From Candidatus Woesebacteria bacterium (GTDB lineage Bacteria; Patescibacteriota; Microgenomatia; UBA1400; MFAQ01), in NCBI GenBank assembly GCA_035389185.1, contig DAOORK010000001.1, positions 631,415 to 695,414 of the forward strand: 64,000 bases of DNA, read 5' to 3'. The notes under the pieces were generated by a model. It ran no database searches. It saw nothing but the letters and a program-made list of their open reading frames with translations, and had not been told where the DNA came from. Positions 38,323 to 48,528 of this stretch are shown here, piece by piece; position 1 is the first letter of the stretch, and each line of letters opens with the position of its first letter. Position numbers and translations under genes: made by a program.

Positions 38323-38955
38323 ATGAACAGTGATGGAAAACGAGTAGAAGTTATTTTTGATATCGAAACAAAGAAATTCTTTGATGACATAAATGCTCAT
38401 GATCCGGCCGCTTTGGGAATCTCAATCGTATCAGCATATCGAAGAGAATTAGATAATGACTTAAGTGAGATAAAAGGAGAGATGAAAAGTTTTTGGGAAG
38501 CAGACTTTGATCAGATGTGGAGTTGGTTTGAAGAGGCGGATCGGATTATTGGTTATAACAGTTTGGGCTTTGATGTACCGGCTGTGAATGGGGTATATAA
38601 GGGAGATTTTACAAAACTAAAACATTTTGACGTGCTGAAGATTATTAAAGATGTTTTTGGACATCGAGTAAAGTTGGATTCTGTGGCTAAGGAGTGTTTG
38701 GGTCAGGGAAAGAATGCTTCGGGAGCCGATGCGGTGATGTGGTGGGCCAAGGGGGATCCCGAAAGCTTGGCTAACTTGAAAAAATACTGTGAGATGGACG
38801 TGGAAGTGACGAAGGGAGTATATGACTATGGTTTGAAAAACAAGAAACTTAAATTCAAAGATCACTGGAATGAGTTGAGGGAGATTGAGGTTGATTTTTC
38901 CTATCCTCCTTCGGAGAAACCAAAGGTTGCAGAACAACAAATAAGTCTGTTTTGA
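38323..38955 (+). CDS. DnaQ-like 3'-5' exonuclease (DEDD family)
   Basis: Exo I FDIET; Exo II GYNSLGFDVP; Exo III YCEMDV. Confidence 0.55.
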   Translation: MNSDGKRVEVIFDIETKKFFDDINAHDPAALGISIVSAYRRELDNDLSEIKGEMKSFWEADFDQMWSWFEEADRIIGYNSLGFDVPAVNGVYKGDFTKLKHFDVLKIIKDVFGHRVKLDSVAKECLGQGKNASGADAVMWWAKGDPESLANLKKYCEMDVEVTKGVYDYGLKNKKLKFKDHWNELREIEVDFSYPPSEKPKVAEQQISLF

Positions 38956-38993
38956 GAGGTTGACAGGGATATTGTAGGTGTTACACTAATGAT

Positions 38994-39827
38994 ATGTACA
39001 AAATAGGAATTGTCGGATACGGGTTCGTTGGCAAAGCAGTTGAGTACGGTTTTAAAGAAGGGAATGAAATATTTATTTACGACAAGTTTTTGCCGAGTTT
39101 TCCTTTGGAGGAAGTGGTGAAAAAATCAGAAGTGATTTTTGTGGGAGTACCAACACCAATGACTAAGGAATATAAAAAGATTGATTTGTCGATAATTGAA
39201 GAAGTGACGGCGGATATAGTGAAGCTGGCCAAAAAAAATAAAGTTGAACCGATTATTGTTTTGAAATCGACAATAGTTCCCGGAACAACAAGAAGGCTTT
39301 CTAAAGAGAATAAATATCCAAGAATGGCCTTTAACCCCGAGTTTCTGACCGAGGCAAATTATCTGGAAGATTTTGTAAATGCCGATAGAGTGGTAGTCGG
39401 GGCTGACAATAATGAAGTCAAACAGTGGGTGGTAGATCTTTATCGAGCGACCTTTCCAAAGACACCAATTTTTGAAACTGATCCCACAACTGCTGAAGTA
39501 GTGAAATACATGGCTAATACTTATCTGGCGGTGAAGGTTATTTTTGCCAATGAGATGTTTGATCTGTGCGAGAAATTGGGTGTTAACTATGGAGAGATGA
39601 AAAAAATGGTGGTTGCTGACAAACGTATTTATGATTCTCACTTGGATATTACAACTCAAAGAGGGTTTGGAGGAAAGTGTTTTCCGAAAGATACGGTAGC
39701 TCTTTTAGGTTTGGCAAAAGAGCTTGGAGTTGAGTTGTCGGTAATTGAAACTGCTTGGAAAAAGAATCTAAAGACTCGTAAGGTGAGGGATTGGGAAAAA
39801 ATTGAAGGAGCGGTTTCGAAGAAATAG
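38994..39827 (+). CDS. UDP-glucose/GDP-mannose dehydrogenase-family protein, truncated (no C-terminal UDP-binding domain)
   Basis: N-terminal GIVGYGFVG Rossmann fold; catalytic GFGGKCFPKD; only 277 aa. Confidence 0.55.
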   Translation: MYKIGIVGYGFVGKAVEYGFKEGNEIFIYDKFLPSFPLEEVVKKSEVIFVGVPTPMTKEYKKIDLSIIEEVTADIVKLAKKNKVEPIIVLKSTIVPGTTRRLSKENKYPRMAFNPEFLTEANYLEDFVNADRVVVGADNNEVKQWVVDLYRATFPKTPIFETDPTTAEVVKYMANTYLAVKVIFANEMFDLCEKLGVNYGEMKKMVVADKRIYDSHLDITTQRGFGGKCFPKDTVALLGLAKELGVELSVIETAWKKNLKTRKVRDWEKIEGAVSKK

Positions 39828-39846
39828 AACCCTGGTAAAATTGGGT

Positions 39847-40164
39847 ATGTCTGAAAACGTAAACAATAGCGAACGAGAAGAAAATAATTTACTTAAAGAA
39901 GAAATTCTTGAGGTAATGAAGAAAATTGAAGATGAAGAAGTCAGTGAAGATGATCTAGATTTGGTATTAGCAGAAAAAGTATTGGAGTATTTGACTGAAA
40001 AAGGTCTTGGTTTCGAAATTGAAAACATTGCAGTTTTGCCTTTTGTGGAAGAGGACTTTGAAAATCGAGACATAAAATTTGATGACAATTTTCTGGCAGT
40101 AACACTTGACGATGATGACGAAGAAACCGGTGAAAAGACGTACGGTGTTTGGGTGAGGAGATAG
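39847..40164 (+). CDS. acidic small protein
   Basis: Glu/Asp-rich; start at an internal Met. Confidence 0.3.
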   Translation: MSENVNNSEREENNLLKEEILEVMKKIEDEEVSEDDLDLVLAEKVLEYLTEKGLGFEIENIAVLPFVEEDFENRDIKFDDNFLAVTLDDDDEETGEKTYGVWVRR

Positions 40165-40206
40165 TTGAGGAGAAACAGTACTTGGAGTATAATAGTCCAA
40201 GTTATG

Positions 40207-40590
40207 TTTACGTTAACCAAGAAAGCTGATTATGGTTTGTCGCTTCTTACAATCCTTGCCGGGCGAGGAAGGGATGGTCGGATTAGTATGAAAGAACTAT
40301 CAGACATGGGAATGCCGAGAGCTTTTATGGCTAAGATTGCGACATCTCTAGTGGAAGCAGGCATTCTTAACAGCAAAGAAGGAAAATATGGAGGTTATGG
40401 ACTGAACTATGAACCAAAAGAGATTCAGGTAAGAGAGGCCTTGGAAGCGATTGAAGGTGAGGTGGCACCAGTATCTTGCGGAAGTTGTCCAATGCAAGGA
40501 GATTGCGGACAAGAAGGTTTTATGGACAAACTGACTGAAGAGATGAATAAATTGCTGGAAAAATATACGTTAGCAGATTTAGCAAAATAA
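40207..40590 (+). CDS. Rrf2-family (IscR/SufR-like) transcriptional regulator
   Basis: MFTLTKKADYGLSLL N-terminus; Cys cluster VSCGSCPMQGDC. Confidence 0.7.
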   Translation, partial: FTLTKKADYGLSLLTILAGRGRDGRISMKELSDMGMPRAFMAKIATSLVEAGILNSKEGKYGGYGLNYEPKEIQVREALEAIEGEVAPVSCGSCPMQGDCGQEGFMDKLTEEMNKLLEKYTLADLAK

Positions 40591-40591
40591 A

Positions 40592-41314
40592 ATGTTAGAA
40601 ATAAAAAATTTGAAGGTATCGATTGAGAAAAAAGAGATTTTAAAAGGGGTTGATTTGGAGATCAAACAAGGAGAAGTACTGGCTTTGATGGGTCCAAACG
40701 GATCCGGAAAATCCAGTTTGGCAAATGTAATTGTGGGGAATCCGAAGTATCAAACTGAAGGGGAAATGTATTGGAATGGCAAAAGTATACTGAAAATGAG
40801 AACAGACGAAAGAGCCAGGAAAGGAATTTTGATGGCTTTTCAACAGCCGGTAGCTATTCCCGGAGTGTCGGTTCGAGAAATGCTTTTGGCGGCGATGAGA
40901 TCGGCCAAGAAAAGTATTTCGGCACTGGAGCTTAAGCAGATAGTGATAGCGGAAGCGAAGAAACTAAAAATTGACGAGAGTTTGTTAACGAGAGGAATTA
41001 ATGATGGTTTTTCCGGAGGAGAAAAGAAGAAATTGGAGATTTTGCAGATGAGAGTATTAAAACCCAGTCTTTTGATTTTGGATGAGATTGACTCTGGTTT
41101 GGATGTTGATGCTTTGAAATTATTGGCCGAAGCGGTTTTGGAGATGGTGAAAAAAGAAAAAATGAGTGTCTTAGTAATAACTCACTATCAAAAATTGTTG
41201 AAGTATCTGATACCGGATAGGGTGGTGGTTTTGAAAAAAGGAGAAGTCGTTGACAGCGGAAGTAAAGAAATTGTCGAAAAAATTGAAAATAAAGGATTTG
41301 CAATCTATGAGTGA
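40592..41314 (+). CDS. sufC: Fe-S cluster assembly ATPase SufC
   Basis: Walker [10 protein letters not shown]; ABC signature FSGGEKKK; Walker [10 protein letters not shown]. Confidence 0.9.
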   Translation: MLEIKNLKVSIEKKEILKGVDLEIKQGEVLALMGPNGSGKSSLANVIVGNPKYQTEGEMYWNGKSILKMRTDERARKGILMAFQQPVAIPGVSVREMLLAAMRSAKKSISALELKQIVIAEAKKLKIDESLLTRGINDGFSGGEKKKLEILQMRVLKPSLLILDEIDSGLDVDALKLLAEAVLEMVKKEKMSVLVITHYQKLLKYLIPDRVVVLKKGEVVDSGSKEIVEKIENKGFAIYE

Positions 41315-42677
41315 TTTGTTGAAAAAAGACGAATTTAAGTATGTGTACAAAGCCAAGATGGGGTTATCGGCTAAGTTGGTTAAAGAGATTTCGGCAAGGA
41401 AAAATGAACCAGCTTGGATGTTGGAACGCCGACTAGAGGCACTAAAAGTATATCAATCGATGCCAATTCCGGTTTGGGGTGGAGATTTATCAGGAATAAA
41501 GTTTGAAGATATTTATTATTATCTGAAACCGATAGAGAAAGAGGAGAAAAATTGGAAGGAAGTTCCGGATCAGATAAAAAAGACTTTTGAAAAAATTGGA
41601 GTTCCAGAAGCTGAACGAGAAATGCTGGCCGGAGTAAAAAGTCAGTATGACTCAGAGGTAGTCTATGGCTCTTTGAAGAAAACGTTGGCGGACAAGGGCG
41701 TGATTTTCTTATCAATGGATGAGGGACTAGAAAAGTATCCGGAACTGGTCAAAAAATATTTGGGGAAAGTGGTCCCGTTGGCGGACAACAAATTGGCGGC
41801 TTTGAATAGTGCCGTGTGGAGTGGTGGGTCTTTTATTTACGTACCTAAAAATGTACAGGTATCACTTCCTTTACAGGCATATTTTAGAATTAATACAGAA
41901 AGAGCCGGACAGTTTGAAAGAACGCTCATTATTGCTGATGAGGGATCATCGGTACACTATATTGAAGGATGTTCGGCACCGGCATATTCTTCAGCATCAC
42001 TTCATGCTGCAGTGGTGGAAATATTTGTAGAGAAGGGGGCGAAAGTACAGTACAGTACGGTACAGAATTGGTATAAAAATATTTATAACTTGGTAACTAA
42101 GAGAGCTTGGGTAGAAGAGGATGGACAGATGTTGTGGGTGGATGGTAATTTAGGTTCAAAATTAACAATGAAGTACCCTGCTTGTGTTTTGGCAGGGAAA
42201 AGAGCTCATGGAGAGATGCTATCAATCGCTTGGGCGGGTGAAGGACAACATCAAGACACTGGGGCAAAGATGATTCATTTGGCACCGGAAACAACGTCAC
42301 AGATTGTGAGTAAATCGATCAGTAAAAATGGGGGAAGAACAAGCTATCGAGGACTAGTACAAATAAATAAAGGAGCAGTAGGGGCAAGATCAAAAGTGGT
42401 GTGTGATGCCTTGATTTTGGATGAAATAAGCAGAAGCGATACTTATCCGGTTAATAAGGTAATGGAAGAAGAAACGATTTTGGAACATGAGGCAACAGTT
42501 AGCCGAGTATCTGAAGATCAACTTTTGTATTTAATGGGCCGGGGTATTAGTGAAGATGAAGCCAATGCGATGGTAGTTAATGGCTTTATGGAACCGGTTG
42601 TTAAGGAAATTCCTATGGAGTACGCCATTGAGATGAATCGGTTAGTAAACATGGAAATGGAAGGATCGGTAGGTTAA
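41307..42677 (+). CDS. sufB: Fe-S cluster assembly protein SufB
   Basis: Conserved SufB core; 8-nt overlap with sufC; start at the internal ATG. Confidence 0.85.
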   Translation: MSDLLKKDEFKYVYKAKMGLSAKLVKEISARKNEPAWMLERRLEALKVYQSMPIPVWGGDLSGIKFEDIYYYLKPIEKEEKNWKEVPDQIKKTFEKIGVPEAEREMLAGVKSQYDSEVVYGSLKKTLADKGVIFLSMDEGLEKYPELVKKYLGKVVPLADNKLAALNSAVWSGGSFIYVPKNVQVSLPLQAYFRINTERAGQFERTLIIADEGSSVHYIEGCSAPAYSSASLHAAVVEIFVEKGAKVQYSTVQNWYKNIYNLVTKRAWVEEDGQMLWVDGNLGSKLTMKYPACVLAGKRAHGEMLSIAWAGEGQHQDTGAKMIHLAPETTSQIVSKSISKNGGRTSYRGLVQINKGAVGARSKVVCDALILDEISRSDTYPVNKVMEEETILEHEATVSRVSEDQLLYLMGRGISEDEANAMVVNGFMEPVVKEIPMEYAIEMNRLVNMEMEGSVG

Positions 42678-42682
42678 AGACT

Positions 42683-43141
42683 ATGGAAAAACAAGTATTT
42701 GATAAACCAGGAAAATATGAAATTAATCTTCAATTAAATGAAGAGGGGCAGTTGTTGGAATGGTTGGGAGTTGTGGAGGCGAGAAAAATAGGAGACTATG
42801 ATCTGGTATTGACGGTGGATCACCGGAGACCAAAGACGGTTGGAAAGGTGATAGTGAGGGGGGTGGCTGAGAATGGAGCAAGAATAAGAATATCCGGTTT
42901 GGTGAGAATCGAAAAAAAAGCAGAAGAAAGTGAGAGTTCGTTAGTGATGAAAGTACTATTGGTTGATAAAGAATCAAAAGCTGAGGTGGATCCGAAGATG
43001 GAGATTTTGACTAACAAAGTGAAGGCGAGTCACTCGGCCAGTGTGGGGAAGATAGATGAAGAACAGCTGTTTTTTTTGGAGTCACGGGGAATAGAGAGAG
43101 AATATGCTAAGAAAATGATTATTAATGGATTTTTAAATTAG
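42683..43141 (+). CDS. sufD: short SufD-like protein (C-terminal beta-helix only)
   Basis: 152 aa; SufBD-family pattern; position between sufB and sufS. Confidence 0.55.
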   Translation: MEKQVFDKPGKYEINLQLNEEGQLLEWLGVVEARKIGDYDLVLTVDHRRPKTVGKVIVRGVAENGARIRISGLVRIEKKAEESESSLVMKVLLVDKESKAEVDPKMEILTNKVKASHSASVGKIDEEQLFFLESRGIEREYAKKMIINGFLN

Positions 43142-43166
43142 TATTGTTATAAATTACAATTAAATA

Positions 43167-44447
43167 ATGTTTGACGTACAGAAAATTAGAAAAGACTTTC
43201 CTGTTCTTAATAGACAGATTCATGGTCAGCAGTTGGTGTACTTGGATTCGGGAGCAACTAGCCAAAAACCGGAAGTGGTGATCGAAGCTATGAACAAGTA
43301 TTACCGGGAGACCAATGCCAATATCAATCGAGGTGTTTATGAGATGTCGGTAGAGTCGACAGAGATGGTAGAAGAAACACGAAAGAAAGTGGCGGAGTTT
43401 ATTGGAGGCAGACAAGAAGAAGTTATTTTTACTAGAAATACAACCGAAAGTATTAACTTGGTGGCTTATGCATGGGGGGATGAAAATGTAAATGAGGGAG
43501 ATGCAGTAGTAATAACTAAGTTGGAACATCATTCAAATATGATTCCTTGGCAAGAGCTGTGTCGTAGAAAAAGTGCTGAACTAAGAGTGGTGGATTTTGA
43601 CAAGGATGGAGAGTTACTGGAAAGCAGAGAAAAACAAATAGTTGAAGAAAATGGTTTGAAAGTTATTTTGGGCGGATGGAAAGAATTGCTGGATGAAAAA
43701 GTAAAAATGGTGGCGATTACTGGGCAGTCGAATGTACTGGGAACAGAGTTGTCTGTGGTGGAGATCTCCAAAAGAGTGAAACGAGTGTCTCCATCAGCCA
43801 AGGTATTGATTGATGGAGCACAGATGGTGCCACATATGAAGGTGAATGTTCAGGCCTTGGATCTGGATTTCTTAGCTTTTTCTGGACATAAAATGCTTGG
43901 TCCAACTGGGGTGGGAGTTCTTTGGGGAAGAAAAGAAATACTAGAAAAGATGAGGCCATTTTTGTATGGAGGAGACATGATAGGTGAGGTAAAACTTACC
44001 GGTGCTTCTTGGGCATCTTTACCAAATAAGTTTGAGGCCGGGACTCCGGACATGGCAGGAATTGTGGGTTTGGGGGCGGCAGTGGATTATTTAAGCCGAT
44101 TGGGAATGGATGAGATTCATGCCTGGGAAAAAGAGTTGAGAAATTGTGCTTGGGAAAAAATGCAAATTTTAGAAAAAGAAGGAGTAGTAGAGATGTATGG
44201 AGGAAATCCGGAAAACAAAGGAGGATCTTTAGTTTTTAATGTAAAAGGAGTGCACGCACACGATACAGCACAAGTTCTGGACAATTTTGGTATTGCTGTT
44301 CGATCCGGACAACATTGTGCAGCGCCATTGGTGACCAGTCTGGGAGTGTCGGCAATGGTGAGAGTAAGTTTTTACTTTTATAATACAAAGGAGGAAATAA
44401 ATTATTTGGTAGAAAAGATAAGGGAAGTACCAAAGGTATTTGTGTAA
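43167..44447 (+). CDS. sufS: cysteine desulfurase SufS
   Basis: Class V aminotransferase; PLP lysine region FSGHKMLGPTGVGVL; catalytic RSGQHCA. Confidence 0.85.
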   Translation: MFDVQKIRKDFPVLNRQIHGQQLVYLDSGATSQKPEVVIEAMNKYYRETNANINRGVYEMSVESTEMVEETRKKVAEFIGGRQEEVIFTRNTTESINLVAYAWGDENVNEGDAVVITKLEHHSNMIPWQELCRRKSAELRVVDFDKDGELLESREKQIVEENGLKVILGGWKELLDEKVKMVAITGQSNVLGTELSVVEISKRVKRVSPSAKVLIDGAQMVPHMKVNVQALDLDFLAFSGHKMLGPTGVGVLWGRKEILEKMRPFLYGGDMIGEVKLTGASWASLPNKFEAGTPDMAGIVGLGAAVDYLSRLGMDEIHAWEKELRNCAWEKMQILEKEGVVEMYGGNPENKGGSLVFNVKGVHAHDTAQVLDNFGIAVRSGQHCAAPLVTSLGVSAMVRVSFYFYNTKEEINYLVEKIREVPKVFV

Positions 44448-44810
44448 ATGAACGAGTATAAAGAAATAATCATCGATCATTATAAGAACCCAAGGAATCA
44501 GGGAGAGTTGGCTGACGCCGATATGGTGATAGACGAAGCGAACGCCTCTTGTGGGGATATCATCAAGATTTTTGTGAAGATTAAAGATGGAATAATTATG
44601 GATATGAAGTGGCAGGGAGTCGGTTGTGCTATTTCGACAGCTGGAGCTTCGATGCTATCGGAAAAGATTATCGGAATGACAAAAGAAAAGGTGATTAATT
44701 TTGGAGAAAAAGGTGTAGTGGAAATGCTGGGAGGGGAGATCAATGCTGGGAGAATGAAGTGTGCTACACTCGCCTATCGTGGATTATTAAAAATGTTTGA
44801 AGACAAGTGA
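44448..44810 (+). CDS. sufU: SufU/IscU-like Fe-S scaffold / sulfur acceptor
   Basis: Three conserved Cys: CGD, GCAIS, KCATL. Confidence 0.75.
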   Translation: MNEYKEIIIDHYKNPRNQGELADADMVIDEANASCGDIIKIFVKIKDGIIMDMKWQGVGCAISTAGASMLSEKIIGMTKEKVINFGEKGVVEMLGGEINAGRMKCATLAYRGLLKMFEDK

Positions 44811-45430
44811 ACGATTGGAAAACAATCATAAAAATAGTGTTGGGATGTGCTGTTTTAATAATGGTGATGGTCTTTGGTTTGGCAAGAATGTCCGGTACAA
44901 ATACAGCGTTGACGGTTGAAGAGAAAAAGTTATTGACTGGAGCCAAACTAATAAAAGAGAATGGCGAAATAAAAGTAACAGTAGTTAATTTTTCGGATAT
45001 GGAGTGTCCAGCATGTCAGAGAGCTCATGAGTTGACAAATAGTTTGAGTGACATGCCCGGAGTAAGGGTGGTTTTTAGACATTTTCCCTTGAGTATTCAC
45101 AAGTATTCATCGATAACGGCAAGTGCCGTAGAAGCAGCTAGATTGATGGGAAAGGGATGGGAAATGATTGACCTTTTGTACAGTAAACAAGATGAATGGT
45201 CCGGAACAGCGAATATAAACGGTAAATTGATGGAGTATGCGGCGAGTTTAGGATTGGACACAAAGATATTTGATGGTTATTTAAATTCGGCGAGTGTATC
45301 AGCGACAGTTCGTGAAGACATTGCACTGGGAGATAACTTGGAACTGCCAGGAACACCGACAATTTTTGTCAATGGAGAACAAGTCGGGGCCGATTTTGTG
45401 GTCAGCAAAGTTAACGAATTAATTAAATAG
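44807..45430 (+). CDS. DsbA-like thioredoxin-fold oxidoreductase, membrane-anchored
   Basis: N-terminal TM; CPAC active site. Confidence 0.6.
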   Translation: MNDWKTIIKIVLGCAVLIMVMVFGLARMSGTNTALTVEEKKLLTGAKLIKENGEIKVTVVNFSDMECPACQRAHELTNSLSDMPGVRVVFRHFPLSIHKYSSITASAVEAARLMGKGWEMIDLLYSKQDEWSGTANINGKLMEYAASLGLDTKIFDGYLNSASVSATVREDIALGDNLELPGTPTIFVNGEQVGADFVVSKVNELIK

Positions 45431-45431
45431 A

Positions 45432-46121
45432 ATGATGCTAAGTATTCCTGCCCTTACAATTGCGGCATTAACAAATGGTTTGAACCCGTGTGGTATTGGA
45501 ATGATGATTACTTTTTTGGGGTATTTGTTAATGTTTGGGGCAAAAGAAAAAGATAAAAAATGGATCTTAAAGATAGGAATAGTCTATGTGATGAGTGTTT
45601 TTGTGACGTATTTGATTATGGGACTGCTGTTTTACGGAATGGCTTATTATTTACAACGATGGTGGTTAGCCGGAGTGTTTAAGTATATTGTTGGGGCAAT
45701 GCTGTGTTTGGCGGGATTGGTTCAAATTAAAGATGCCTTTTTCCCCAGTTTGCCGATTCATTTAAGAATGCCAATGAAAGGCTTTGAAAAATTGATAAAA
45801 ATGATGGCAAAGGCTAGTGTCGAGGTGACAATACTAATTGGTATCCTGACAACAGTATTTTCCTCACCTTGTATGTTGCCTTTGTATGTGGGAACGACGG
45901 CGGTGATTGCGAGGTCGGGACTGGCCATGGGAGGAGTCTTGGGTTATTTCCTCTATTACAATTTGATTTTTATTTTGCCCTTGATAGCGATTCTTGTAAT
46001 AATGGTTGGGGGAAAGAGAGTAGTAGAGATGAAGGAGTGGGAACATAAATACACAAAATGGATGAGGTTTTTACTAGGATTGATCTTATTGGCTGTCGGA
46101 ATTTGGATTGGCATAGGTTAA
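45432..46121 (+). CDS. CcdA/DsbD-like thiol-disulfide transporter
   Basis: Polytopic; conserved Cys in LNPCGIG and SSPCMLP (SPCxLP-like). Confidence 0.5.
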   Translation: MMLSIPALTIAALTNGLNPCGIGMMITFLGYLLMFGAKEKDKKWILKIGIVYVMSVFVTYLIMGLLFYGMAYYLQRWWLAGVFKYIVGAMLCLAGLVQIKDAFFPSLPIHLRMPMKGFEKLIKMMAKASVEVTILIGILTTVFSSPCMLPLYVGTTAVIARSGLAMGGVLGYFLYYNLIFILPLIAILVIMVGGKRVVEMKEWEHKYTKWMRFLLGLILLAVGIWIGIG

Positions 46122-46137
46122 TGGATTAAAATTAACT

Positions 46138-46845
46138 ATGGAAGTAAAGCGTTTGTTGGGCAGAGTGGCATATAAAGAGAATTTGGCTGGTGATAACTGG
46201 TTGATTAGAATTGACTTGGGAGAAATAGTTGATTTTATTCCGGGTCAGTATGTGAGTTTAAAGGTTAATGAAGAAGGTTTGAGGAGATCGTATTCTTTGG
46301 CGAGCATGCCAGGGGAAAATAGTATTGATCTGATGGTGGATACGACACCGATGGGAGTCGGCTCGAAGTATATTTTGGGATTAAAAGTGGGAGATTCTGT
46401 CGAGGTGCTGGGGTTTTTGGGAAAGTTTATCGTGAATGAAGATGATTTGACGGAAGAAAGACAGTTGGTTTTTGTGGGTACTGGAGCGGGAGTAGTTCCC
46501 TTGAGATCAATGGCTGAGGATTTGCTGGCGAATAAGGGCTTTAGAGGACAGACTTATTTTATCTGGGGAATGAGATATGAGGAAGACCTGTATTGGATGA
46601 AAGAGATTAACGTATTGCAACGTGATTTTGACAACTTTCATTTTGAAGTGGTCCTGTCAAAACCTAAAAATGACTGGCCAGGTTTGTCGGGACATGTGGG
46701 TGATATTGTGGACAAATTGGAGCTTGATTGGCAAAATACAAGTGTTTATCTGTGTGGAAATCCGGATATGATTTCGGAAATTGAGAAAACGGTGATAAAG
46801 AAGGGAGTGAAAAGCGATAGAGTCAGTTATGAGCGATATGCGTGA
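46138..46845 (+). CDS. FNR-like FAD/NAD(P)-binding oxidoreductase
   Basis: RSYSLAS FAD motif; GTGAGVVP NAD(P) motif; no Fe-S Cys cluster. Confidence 0.6.
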   Translation: MEVKRLLGRVAYKENLAGDNWLIRIDLGEIVDFIPGQYVSLKVNEEGLRRSYSLASMPGENSIDLMVDTTPMGVGSKYILGLKVGDSVEVLGFLGKFIVNEDDLTEERQLVFVGTGAGVVPLRSMAEDLLANKGFRGQTYFIWGMRYEEDLYWMKEINVLQRDFDNFHFEVVLSKPKNDWPGLSGHVGDIVDKLELDWQNTSVYLCGNPDMISEIEKTVIKKGVKSDRVSYERYA

Positions 46846-46919
46846 TAAACTGATGATAATAGGATCATTATTATTACGAGACAGAGAGGTCTCAAAATAA
46901 CAGAAAGGCAGGTGAGAAA

Positions 46920-47114
46920 ATGAGGAATAAAGATAAGTTAGCGATTGGGAAGACCTTGATCTATTTTTCAGCGGTTTGCGTTATTTTGGCCTTTGTTGGA
47001 GCTTTGGGGACTGATCTTTGGCTGGCAAGTACACAATGGATGTTGGTGGGTTTAACTGCTGCTATATGGGGAGTGTTTGTCTTGATTGAAGCAGAGTTTA
47101 AAATGAAAAAATGA
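46920..47114 (+). CDS. small membrane protein
   Basis: 2 TM. Confidence 0.35.
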   Translation: MRNKDKLAIGKTLIYFSAVCVILAFVGALGTDLWLASTQWMLVGLTAAIWGVFVLIEAEFKMKK

Positions 47115-47413
47115 CGACGATTGAAGAGAAGATATGGTCGGCACTTAAGAGTGTGATTGATCCTGAGTTGGGGGTATCGATTGTGGATTTGGGTTTGATT
47201 TATGATGTTCGCTATGAGGGTGGCGAAGCCGAGGTGGAGATGACTTTGACATCTCCCGGCTGTCCTTTGGCAAGTGTAATTGATACAAAGATAAGGGAAG
47301 TTTTGAGTGGTATTGAAGAAATAAAACATTTGACAGTAGAAATTGTTTGGGATCCACCTTGGACGAAAGATCTGATGTCTGAAGAACTTAGGGCCGAATT
47401 TGGTTTTGATTAA
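47111..47413 (+). CDS. sufT: SufT/MIP18-family (DUF59) Fe-S assembly protein
   Basis: DPELGVSIVDLGLIYDV...TSPGCPLA. Confidence 0.7.
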   Translation: MTTIEEKIWSALKSVIDPELGVSIVDLGLIYDVRYEGGEAEVEMTLTSPGCPLASVIDTKIREVLSGIEEIKHLTVEIVWDPPWTKDLMSEELRAEFGFD

Positions 47414-47448
47414 GAGGAAATTCAGAAGATATCTGCTACGATGTATTT

Positions 47449-47886
47449 ATGAGAGTAATTTTAGGTGCCGATCATGGCGGATTTGGTCTTAAGGAAGAGA
47501 CAAAAAAATGGTTAACAGACGAAGGCTTCGAAGTGTTTGATGTAGGAGCATGCTTTTTGGTTGAAGAAGATGACTTTGTGGAGTATGCCAAAAAAGCCGT
47601 GCAGGAGGCAAAAGATCGAGAAGATAGAATAATTCTATTTTGCAAAAATGGATTTGGAATGTGTATTGCGGCCAATAGATTCACAGGAGTACGTTGTGGT
47701 CTGGCTTTTGATCTGGAGGCTGTACGAAGAGGAAGAACAGACGATGATATTAACTGTTTATCTGTGCCGGCGGAGTATAAGCAGTTTGGTGAGGTGGTAA
47801 AAATGGTGGATATTTTTCTTCACGAAGATTTTTCTGAAGAAGAAAAATACAAAAGAAGAATTAATAAACTGGATAATTTACTTTAA
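47449..47886 (+). CDS. rpiB: ribose-5-phosphate isomerase B
   Basis: MRVILGADHGGFGLKE and the RpiB/LacAB fold pattern. Confidence 0.75.
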   Translation: MRVILGADHGGFGLKEETKKWLTDEGFEVFDVGACFLVEEDDFVEYAKKAVQEAKDREDRIILFCKNGFGMCIAANRFTGVRCGLAFDLEAVRRGRTDDDINCLSVPAEYKQFGEVVKMVDIFLHEDFSEEEKYKRRINKLDNLL

Positions 47887-48515
47887 TGAAGACTGTCGTA
47901 CCGGCAATATTGGCTAAAGATGTAAGCACTTTCGAAGAAGAAGTAAAAAAAGTGGAGAAGTTTGTGACGAAGGTGCAGGTGGATGTGATTGATGGGAAGT
48001 TTTTTCCGGTAGAAACGGTGACTCCAGAAGTTTTTCAGGAAATTGAGACACCAGTTGAGATAGAAACTCATCTGATGGTTGAAGAGCCAATAGAGTGGGT
48101 AGAAAGATGTGTTGCTGCGGGAGTGACTGCGATATATGGTCAGGTAGAAAAAATGACCGATAAACAAGCGTTTATTACAGCAGTTGTAGAGTCTGGATTG
48201 AGAGTGGGTTTGGCTTTTGACCTGGATACTTCATTAACCGGTCTGGATGAATGGATTAATCTGGTTGACGGGATATTGCTGATGAGTGTCCCAGCAGGAG
48301 CACAAGGTCAGGCGTTTGGTGAGGGGGTAATGGAAAAGATTAAAAAAGTTAGAGCGCTATCTCCTTCGGTGTTGATAGTTATAGATGGCGGATTGAATAT
48401 TGAGACTATTAAGAGATGTGTGGAAATAGGAGGAGAGAAGATGGAGTTTGCAGTAGGAAGTGAAATTTTGAAGGCAGAGGACGCAGAGCTTGCCTATCGA
48501 AAGTTGGAGCAATAA
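47886..48515 (+). CDS. rpe: ribulose-phosphate 3-epimerase-like
   Basis: VDVIDGKFFP...H...DG TIM-barrel motifs of Rpe. Confidence 0.6.
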   Translation: MKTVVPAILAKDVSTFEEEVKKVEKFVTKVQVDVIDGKFFPVETVTPEVFQEIETPVEIETHLMVEEPIEWVERCVAAGVTAIYGQVEKMTDKQAFITAVVESGLRVGLAFDLDTSLTGLDEWINLVDGILLMSVPAGAQGQAFGEGVMEKIKKVRALSPSVLIVIDGGLNIETIKRCVEIGGEKMEFAVGSEILKAEDAELAYRKLEQ

Positions 48516-48528
48516 GTTAGTATTAATT

